DNA from: a virus
Taxonomy: Duplodnaviria > Caudoviricetes
DNA: 61,941 nucleotides
Virus record (IMG/VR): IMGVR_UViG_3300033144_000144
Coordinates: 1 to 61,941 of that record
Strand: one strand, 5' to 3'
Part shown: positions 7,741 through 13,975 of the stretch, in pieces
How the letters are laid out: each line of letters opens with the position of its first letter
How positions within the stretch are numbered: position 1 is the stretch's first letter
The notes under the pieces: generated by a model
Told to the model about the DNA's origin: nothing
The model's database searches: none
What the model saw: the letters and a program-made list of their open reading frames with translations, nothing else
Made by a program: the position numbers and the translations under genes

Positions 7741-8079
7741 ATGGAAATGAAAATTATGAGATTAAGCGAAGTAACATTTGAGATGTTACAGAACCAGTAT
7801 CCTGAATGCTACAAATCAAAATTCGGCAGAGGTGTAACAATGCCAAATGCAGATGACTCACAAAGAGTAATATCTAATGAGGATGCGTTAACACACTACA
7901 AAGAATTAATGATTGGCATGTGGGGAGATGTAATGATTCAATTAAATCCTGAAAGTTTCACTTGGTTTGACCGAGTACAGATTCAGGATGCAAACTTCAA
8001 AGATGCACGAAGAAGATTTACAGAACACAAAGCCGAAGTCATTGCTGACTGGAGCAAAAAAGGATACAATACCGATTAG
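7741..8079 (+). CDS. Early hypothetical protein
   Basis: 112-aa ORF. Confidence 0.75.
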   Translation: MEMKIMRLSEVTFEMLQNQYPECYKSKFGRGVTMPNADDSQRVISNEDALTHYKELMIGMWGDVMIQLNPESFTWFDRVQIQDANFKDARRRFTEHKAEVIADWSKKGYNTD

Positions 8080-8173
8080 TTTGTGTGTGAAGAAGGTTTA
8101 ATTCACCTTCCTACCTTAACCTCAATGCGTAAATGCATTGGGGATTTGGTGGTAGAGGGATGTTCCTCGCAAA
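8080..8173 (+). ncRNA. Candidate structured RNA (multi-stem junction), family not recognised
   Basis: TTTGTG/CGCAAA closing; GAAGGT/ACCTTC; CTACC/GGTAG with internal loop and CCTCAATGCG/TGCATTGGGG; GAGGG/TCCTC. Confidence 0.55.
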
Positions 8174-8189
8174 ATTAAATTAAATTATT

Positions 8190-8648
8190 ATGGCAAAAAG
8201 AATTGCAAATTTCAATGTATCTGACCACTTATCCAGTCAGATAGAATACTTTCAGAAAAACAAAGGAGAGTATCAAGAAAACTTTACCAATGGATTTGAT
8301 GACAGAAGTTTAGATCTAATTACTGACAAAGAGATACAAGATTATTTCTTTTCAGCTGATAGTGAAGAACACCATTATCACTGGGAAGACTTCCTCTATG
8401 ATTTAGAAGAAGAATTCAGTCAGTACATAGGTAAAGTAGTTTCTGTTGAAGGAAGAAATATGGGCTGGAATAATAAAACTGGCTACAAGACATTTCAAAT
8501 TGAATCTACTGAAGATATCTTCAGACAGATAGCACCTGAATGTGACTTGACTTTTTCAATAGACAAAGTAGATAACAAAGAATATGAGGTGGTCATAGCA
8601 CATCACGACTCACCAATGGGAGAAAATTATAACTTAAAAATTAAATAG
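8190..8648 (+). CDS. Early hypothetical protein (GRNMGW...HHDSPMGE)
   Basis: 152-aa ORF. Confidence 0.8.
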   Translation: MAKRIANFNVSDHLSSQIEYFQKNKGEYQENFTNGFDDRSLDLITDKEIQDYFFSADSEEHHYHWEDFLYDLEEEFSQYIGKVVSVEGRNMGWNNKTGYKTFQIESTEDIFRQIAPECDLTFSIDKVDNKEYEVVIAHHDSPMGENYNLKIK

Positions 8649-8650
8649 AT

Positions 8651-8890
8651 ATGGCAATTAAAAGACATCCAAAAGACAGAGGATATGGTTACAAGAAATC
8701 ATATAACTATGAGCAATCGATAGCTGAACACGAAGATTTAGAACCAACAAAAGAAGACTGGGCAAAGTTAAGGGAGAGAATGCCTTCACTGATATGTGAG
8801 TCACTAATCTTTGGATTTGGGGCTGGTACATTCCTTCTGATTATAGCTTCGATAATCATCGGAGTATTGAACCTATTACACACATTATAA
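8651..8890 (+). CDS. Small membrane protein
   Basis: C-terminal hydrophobic segment LIFGFGAGTFLLIIASIIIGVL. Confidence 0.7.
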   Translation: MAIKRHPKDRGYGYKKSYNYEQSIAEHEDLEPTKEDWAKLRERMPSLICESLIFGFGAGTFLLIIASIIIGVLNLLHTL

Positions 8891-8899
8891 ACACAAAAG

Positions 8900-8931
8900 T
8901 TTGGTTATTTAATATATTTAAACTATTATTG
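8900..8931 (+). promoter_or_regulatory. Promoter TTTG-N20-TATTATTG
   Basis: Near-consensus -33/-7, intergenic. Confidence 0.55.
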
Positions 8932-8948
8932 TACAAAATTTAAACATT

Positions 8949-9185
8949 ATGACAGAGCAACAATACCATTCTCTTACAAGATATCTTGCAGAGGAAACTG
9001 CACACCATAAGTTTGGTGAGGATGCAGTACACTACAACTCCAGCACTGGAGAACACGAATTCACACATCACGCTGAAAAATTTATTAGAGATGAAATTAG
9101 TAATCTTGAATTTCTGTTTGAGGTGTATGATGTGAAACCTAAATTAAGTTTAATTAAAAGAATAAAAAAATGGCTGAAAAATTAA
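8949..9185 (+). CDS. Hypothetical protein
   Basis: 78-aa ORF. Confidence 0.7.
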   Translation: MTEQQYHSLTRYLAEETAHHKFGEDAVHYNSSTGEHEFTHHAEKFIRDEISNLEFLFEVYDVKPKLSLIKRIKKWLKN

Positions 9186-9538
9186 TTGACAAAGTAGATG
9201 ATGGATTCAACTACTTTAGTTACCGATTAGAAGAATTAAAGACAGATGATGTGTACTACATAAAAGCATTTATGAAGTACATTGAATCTCTTGAATCAAA
9301 ACTATCTAAAGTTAGTAAAGACTACAGAAACACATTAAATGATTATCAGTCACCTATGTGGCTGATGACATACAATGATGTTGTTGGAGGATCTACACAC
9401 GAGGTAGTTACAAATGATCCCCAGTTATATCTCAAGAGACTTAACAGAGACAGAGTAGCTGATGGTGAATTACCTGATACGATGGATGAATTCACCAAGA
9501 CCTTAATCAAATTAGAAACCTTTAAAAAATCAAAATAA
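9170..9538 (+). CDS. Hypothetical protein
   Basis: 122-aa ORF. Confidence 0.7.
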   Translation: MAEKLIDKVDDGFNYFSYRLEELKTDDVYYIKAFMKYIESLESKLSKVSKDYRNTLNDYQSPMWLMTYNDVVGGSTHEVVTNDPQLYLKRLNRDRVADGELPDTMDEFTKTLIKLETFKKSK

Positions 9539-9801
9539 TGAGAGAAGTAAAGATTAGTAGTCGTACTATATACTCCAAGACTTGTGAGATATATATTGAA
9601 ATTCCAAAAGACATACCTCAAGATAAAGTATCAGACTGGTTATTCGAAAACGAAATAAAGTGGACTGATGCTATCGACAATGCAAATGGCGAAGCAGTTT
9701 TAGACTTCGGATTTGGATTAGATGATGGTATGGAAGATAAGAATTCTGAACACGAGATGAGATTTGACATCGTAGGTGAAAACTATGGTGGACATATTTA
9801 A
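9538..9801 (+). CDS. Hypothetical protein
   Basis: 87-aa ORF, TAATG coupling. Confidence 0.75.
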   Translation: MREVKISSRTIYSKTCEIYIEIPKDIPQDKVSDWLFENEIKWTDAIDNANGEAVLDFGFGLDDGMEDKNSEHEMRFDIVGENYGGHI

Positions 9802-9857
9802 ATACTCTGATGAGCCAATGAGATTTTGGCGAAACTGGTAGCAATACCAGTCAGTAT
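9802..9857 (+). ncRNA. Hammerhead ribozyme type I (HH4), predicted cleavage after C9852
   Basis: ATACT/AGTAT; CTGATGA; GCCAA-TGAGATT-TTGGC; GAAA; CTGGTA-GCAA-TACCAG; GTC. Confidence 0.94.
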
Positions 9858-9875
9858 AAATTAAATAAAATCGTT

Positions 9876-10604
9876 ATGCCTAATTATGTTTATTGTGGGA
9901 TATCTCCCACTAAAGATTTGACTCCTGAACAAATCGAGATAGCAAAAAAGATTCAGGAAGCTGGAGGATTATGTAGATATTATGTACCAAGACCAGCTGA
10001 ATTAGATAAGACTACTTCACCAACAAGAGTAGTTAGTGATGAAGAGTATCACAAAGCAATGAAACTCAATGAGACTGAAAAATTTAAATCTTATCCTATT
10101 ACAAGGGAGATGCAAAAGTCTTTATTGAAAGCACATAACTTTGACAATTGGTACGATTGGTCACACTATCACTGGGGAACAAAGTGGGGAGATTGTGACT
10201 TCGATATAGACTGGAATAAAGATGGAACTCACTTCGAAATGAGGTTTGATACTGCTTGGTCACCAATTGCTTTAGAAATTATTATTATGTTTGCTAAAGA
10301 TTTCCCTGATTTCACTTACTGGTGGGAAGAAGAACAAGGATGGGGAGGAGAATGCGACTACACTAATGGAGAAGAGTCAAGATATATGGAGTATGATATT
10401 CCAAACTGGACTGATGAAGAAGAAGTAGAGATCTCGCATAAAGGAAAGCTAATAGTTACTACGCTGACTAAACTTGCAGACCAGCATCCTAACTATGATA
10501 ATGGTACTGGATACTATTTAGATTATGGTCACGAATATGCTGGTAAGACAAGAATCGAAGCACTGGAATATGTGATGAAAAATTATGAGAAAGAAAATGT
10601 TTAG
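9876..10604 (+). CDS. DUF1281/YubB-type ferredoxin-like domain protein
   Basis: MPNY...NWYDW...WGTKWG...FDTAWSP signature. Confidence 0.8.
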   Translation: MPNYVYCGISPTKDLTPEQIEIAKKIQEAGGLCRYYVPRPAELDKTTSPTRVVSDEEYHKAMKLNETEKFKSYPITREMQKSLLKAHNFDNWYDWSHYHWGTKWGDCDFDIDWNKDGTHFEMRFDTAWSPIALEIIIMFAKDFPDFTYWWEEEQGWGGECDYTNGEESRYMEYDIPNWTDEEEVEISHKGKLIVTTLTKLADQHPNYDNGTGYYLDYGHEYAGKTRIEALEYVMKNYEKENV

Positions 10605-10893
10605 GTTAATTAGACAAGAGAAGCTGAAGTCGAAACCTGATGTAGATTATATCAGGTTTCTTCAGCAACTTACCGACAGAGAAAATGTTAAAGCATTCCT
10701 ATCCGAATATAAGCAAACTAAACATTTAGAAAAGCTACGCAAAGCCAATGTAATTGAATTAAATGACTACTTTAATTATAGTGGTAAGCGAGAAGAGAAC
10801 GGAAGAATAACAAAGAAACCAATTGAATATCAGGATAAAAAAACTATCACGATAATCAATGATATGAGTAAATATAAATTTAATAAAAATTAG
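10585..10893 (+). CDS. Hypothetical protein
   Basis: 102-aa ORF. Confidence 0.6.
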   Translation: MRKKMFRLIRQEKLKSKPDVDYIRFLQQLTDRENVKAFLSEYKQTKHLEKLRKANVIELNDYFNYSGKREENGRITKKPIEYQDKKTITIINDMSKYKFNKN

Positions 10894-10894
10894 T

Positions 10895-11176
10895 ATGAAA
10901 AAAACCACTGAAGAATTAATCAAAGAAGTAGGGAGAGAAGTAGTTATGTTGCTACTTGAAAAGAACAAAGCGTATGGCGATACTGCCAACAAGCCCCCTA
11001 AAATATTTTCAAAGCTATCAGCAAAGGAAGGTATCCTTGCAAGGATCGATGACAAGTTAAGTAGGATCAAGCAAGTAGGTATCAATGACAAAACAGAAGA
11101 CACTTTGCTGGATCTTATTGGCTACCTTATATTGTATAGAGTACAATGTAAGATGGAAGAAATTAAAAAAAGTTAA
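10895..11176 (+). CDS. DUF1599 / nucleotide-modification-associated domain 1 protein
   Basis: KNKAYGD...RIDDKLSRI...EDTLLDLIGYLIL. Confidence 0.8.
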   Translation: MKKTTEELIKEVGREVVMLLLEKNKAYGDTANKPPKIFSKLSAKEGILARIDDKLSRIKQVGINDKTEDTLLDLIGYLILYRVQCKMEEIKKS

Positions 11177-11182
11177 ACATAA

Positions 11183-11214
11183 TTTGCTCAAGTAATACTA
11201 AAGTATTATCTTTG
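11183..11214 (+). promoter_or_regulatory. Consensus Bacteroidota promoter TTTG-N20-TATCTTTG
   Basis: Perfect -33/-7 match. Confidence 0.8.
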
Positions 11215-11331
11215 ACAACTAATAAAAATTAAGGTGTGTAATGGTAGTAGCGTAATTATCTACAACACACTTAATAAGAGAGAAATCATTTGCGAACCAA
11301 ACTCTTGCCTTATTTTTCTAAATTCAATTAA

Positions 11332-11625
11332 ATGAAAAAAAATATTTTCGATGCGTATGCGTTAGCAATCGCAAAGCAATTTCATCTGTCACTCGATCAG
11401 ATGTTTACCAAGACTAAAAGAAGAGAGGTAGTAGATGCAAGACAAATGTTATACTATCTCTGTATGGAAAGACCAATTCGTATATCCTACATACAAAGAT
11501 TTATGGAGGATGCTGGATTAAGCGTATGCCACTCTACTATTATACATGGTTACAAGAAAGCAAAGGAGACTATAGATAAAGATAAAGACTTTAAAGATAT
11601 AGTAACTCAACTTCAGGATGTATAA
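11332..11625 (+). CDS. Stand-alone DnaA C-terminal (domain IV) HTH protein
   Basis: TKRREVVDARQMLYYL...HSTIIHG matches DnaA_C signature. Confidence 0.8.
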   Translation: MKKNIFDAYALAIAKQFHLSLDQMFTKTKRREVVDARQMLYYLCMERPIRISYIQRFMEDAGLSVCHSTIIHGYKKAKETIDKDKDFKDIVTQLQDV

Positions 11626-12025
11626 TTTAGAAGACATATTTACTCAAGCCGAAGCTGATGCATCAGGGATACAGATTACAATGCTCAATGGGAAAAGCAT
11701 TGTAAACTATGGTGTAAAGATTCAGAAGTTTCCATCCAAGATCGAGATACTTAATTGTGGTCGAAGTGGAGATTACTTTAACGAATGCAACGATGATGAG
11801 TATAAACTTTTCTTCAAGTACGGATGGAGAGAAGGTGCATTAAGATTATCATTATCCAATTATAAACGGAAGTTAGATATGATTGAAGAAAAAATCAGGA
11901 CTGAAGTTAACACAAGGAAAAATGATAAGCACATTCAACGACTTAAAACGAGTCGAGAAAAATTATTAATTAAATATAGTAACAGAAATCGTAAATTAAA
12001 TTTATTAAACAATGGGACAAAGTAA
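11618..12025 (+). CDS. Hypothetical protein
   Basis: 135-aa ORF. Confidence 0.7.
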   Translation: MYNLEDIFTQAEADASGIQITMLNGKSIVNYGVKIQKFPSKIEILNCGRSGDYFNECNDDEYKLFFKYGWREGALRLSLSNYKRKLDMIEEKIRTEVNTRKNDKHIQRLKTSREKLLIKYSNRNRKLNLLNNGTK

Positions 12026-12629
12026 GAAAAACAATTTCAAGGATTTATCTTCCATATCTATTGCAGATAAAACAGATAAGAAAGGAAAGTTTAGCTATTT
12101 ATCTTGGGCTACTGCTTGGTCGATGATCAAGACAGAACATCCTGATGCACAAAGAACAGTGTATGAATCTGAACATACTGGACTTAACTTCTTTACAGAT
12201 GGTAAGTCAGCATATGTGAAGGTAGGTATTACTATTGATGGTATGGAACACATAGATTACCTACCAGTAATGGACTATCGTAATAATTCTATTCCAATTG
12301 ATAAGGTAACATCAATGGATGTAAACACTGCAATTCAAAGATCAACTGCAAAAGCTATTGCTATGCATGGATTAGGTTTATCATTATGGATTGGTGAAGA
12401 CACAATGATGGTGGCTAAACCTACTGCACAAGCAGTGGCTAAAACACCAGTGCCACCAAAGAAAATTACCACAATGGAATTAAATATTGGTGATGAGAAT
12501 TGGGATAAAGTTATTAAGTACATAGTAGCTAATAAACAATTAGGGCTACCTAAAATTGTAAAGCAACTGGAAGCCAAGTACAAGATAAAAGCAGTAGTAA
12601 AAAAGGAATTATCAAAACATATTAAATAA
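12012..12629 (+). CDS. Sak3/DUF1071 single-strand annealing recombinase
   Basis: FSYLSWATAW...LPVMDYRN...NTAIQRSTAKAIAMHGLGL. Confidence 0.85.
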   Translation: MGQSKKNNFKDLSSISIADKTDKKGKFSYLSWATAWSMIKTEHPDAQRTVYESEHTGLNFFTDGKSAYVKVGITIDGMEHIDYLPVMDYRNNSIPIDKVTSMDVNTAIQRSTAKAIAMHGLGLSLWIGEDTMMVAKPTAQAVAKTPVPPKKITTMELNIGDENWDKVIKYIVANKQLGLPKIVKQLEAKYKIKAVVKKELSKHIK

Positions 12630-13387
12630 TGAAGTTTACTACTAAACAATGGAAAGAAAGCATTGAGAAGCTAAAAGATGATTCTCAATATTACGGAGAC
12701 TTTGGTAAACAATACTTATCAAACTCTGATATCATAACTCTACTTAATGATCCTAAAAATTTCAGGAAAGAAAAGGAGATGACCAAAGCTATGCTACTTG
12801 GAAGATACTTCCATACTGCAATGTTAGAACCTAACAAACTACATAGCGAAGAGTACATTCCTATTGATGCATCAAGTCGTAGCACTAAAAAGTATAAAGA
12901 AGAAATTCTACAATACAACAGACCGATAATGATGCTGAAAAAGGAAATGGAAGAGATAGATGTGGCTATCAATACAATGAAAGCTAACCTTGAATTCTAT
13001 GATGCAATCTATCATCCAAAGAATGAGTATGAAGTACCAGCTATCCAAGAGGTAGAAGGTATGATGTGGAAAGGTAAAGCTGATATTGTAGCTGAAGATA
13101 TTCTTATTGATCTGAAGACAACTTCAAACATCAAAGATTTTAAATACTCGGCTCGTAAGTATAATTACGATAGTCAAGCGTATCTTTACCAGCAATTCTT
13201 TGGTAAGCCACTGGTATTCTATGTGGTAGATAAATCAACATATGAATTAGGAATCTATTATCCATCTCAAACTTTCTTGGAGTATGGAAAAGACAAAGTA
13301 GAGAGAGCAATAGAAGTGTATAACAAATTCTTTAAAGAAAATGCAGAAGAAAATATTGAATCTTATATCATTAAAGAAACTCTTTAA
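12629..13387 (+). CDS. PD-(D/E)XK exonuclease (RecE/ExoVIII-like, DUF3799)
   Basis: LSNSDI...GRYFH...KGKADI...DLKTT...YDSQAYLY. Confidence 0.85.
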   Translation: MKFTTKQWKESIEKLKDDSQYYGDFGKQYLSNSDIITLLNDPKNFRKEKEMTKAMLLGRYFHTAMLEPNKLHSEEYIPIDASSRSTKKYKEEILQYNRPIMMLKKEMEEIDVAINTMKANLEFYDAIYHPKNEYEVPAIQEVEGMMWKGKADIVAEDILIDLKTTSNIKDFKYSARKYNYDSQAYLYQQFFGKPLVFYVVDKSTYELGIYYPSQTFLEYGKDKVERAIEVYNKFFKENAEENIESYIIKETL

Positions 13388-13511
13388 GTATAAAAAAAAT
13401 GATGTCGTGTGGTTGCAAGTTCCTAACAACCTCAAGACTCAAGCTGATCGTGACAAGGTCATGGAGGCAACAATGAACAAATTGGAACAAATAATTTACA
13501 AATCAATTTAA
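13341..13511 (+). CDS. Possible small protein, 56 aa
   Basis: Hand translation MQKKILNLISLKKLFKYKKNDVVWLQVPNNLKTQADRDKVMEATMNKLEQIIYKSI fills the gap; start uncertain. Confidence 0.4.
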   Translation: MQKKILNLISLKKLFKYKKNDVVWLQVPNNLKTQADRDKVMEATMNKLEQIIYKSI

Positions 13512-13513
13512 TT

Positions 13514-13783
13514 ATGGCAGAAGAAAAAATCTATGTCGGAAACGGAGTTTCCAAATTCGAAGGGAATCTTATCTCTTGTAGTGTGTGCTTAACAGATCTT
13601 CCACAGGAACATATGTTCGAGTACAATGGTAAGAAGTACATTAAGTTAAATGTACAAGCAAAGCGTGATGGTGCTGATGAGTATGGCAAGACACACTATG
13701 TGGCAGTCGATACTTACAAACCTGAACCAAAGAAGGAAGAAGTAAAACCTACTGCACCAGCAGAGGAAGATCTTCCATTCTAA
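13514..13783 (+). CDS. Putative ssDNA-binding protein
   Basis: Acidic C-terminal tail EEDLPF; follows SSAP and exonuclease. Confidence 0.7.
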   Translation: MAEEKIYVGNGVSKFEGNLISCSVCLTDLPQEHMFEYNGKKYIKLNVQAKRDGADEYGKTHYVAVDTYKPEPKKEEVKPTAPAEEDLPF

Positions 13784-13805
13784 TACTTGTTTTAGTAGAA
13801 AAGTT

Positions 13806-13834
13806 AGGGGACTTGTTCCCCTTTCTTTTTCTTT
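13806..13834 (+). terminator. Intrinsic terminator
   Basis: AGGGGA-CTTGT-TCCCCT followed by TTCTTTTTCTTT. Confidence 0.75.
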
Positions 13835-13839
13835 AATCG

Positions 13840-13942
13840 GTGTCGAAGTGTCAAGTAAAATAAAATTATAGACTATTAGTATTAATATATACTTCTATCT
13901 ATTTACTTTTTACTTTTTTAAAATACTTTGACACTTTAACAC
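13840..13942. repeat. Origin-like element copy B
   Basis: GTGTCGAaGTGTCAA-N12-TATAGACTA...TTGACACtTTAACAC, directly upstream of primase-helicase. Confidence 0.7.
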
Positions 13943-13975
13943 TAAATATTAATTAAAATATATCAACCAACTCAA

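Noticed and set aside
13674-13710. CTGATGAG in the SSB gene as a hammerhead
   Set aside because: Encodes ADE; no compatible stems or GAAA
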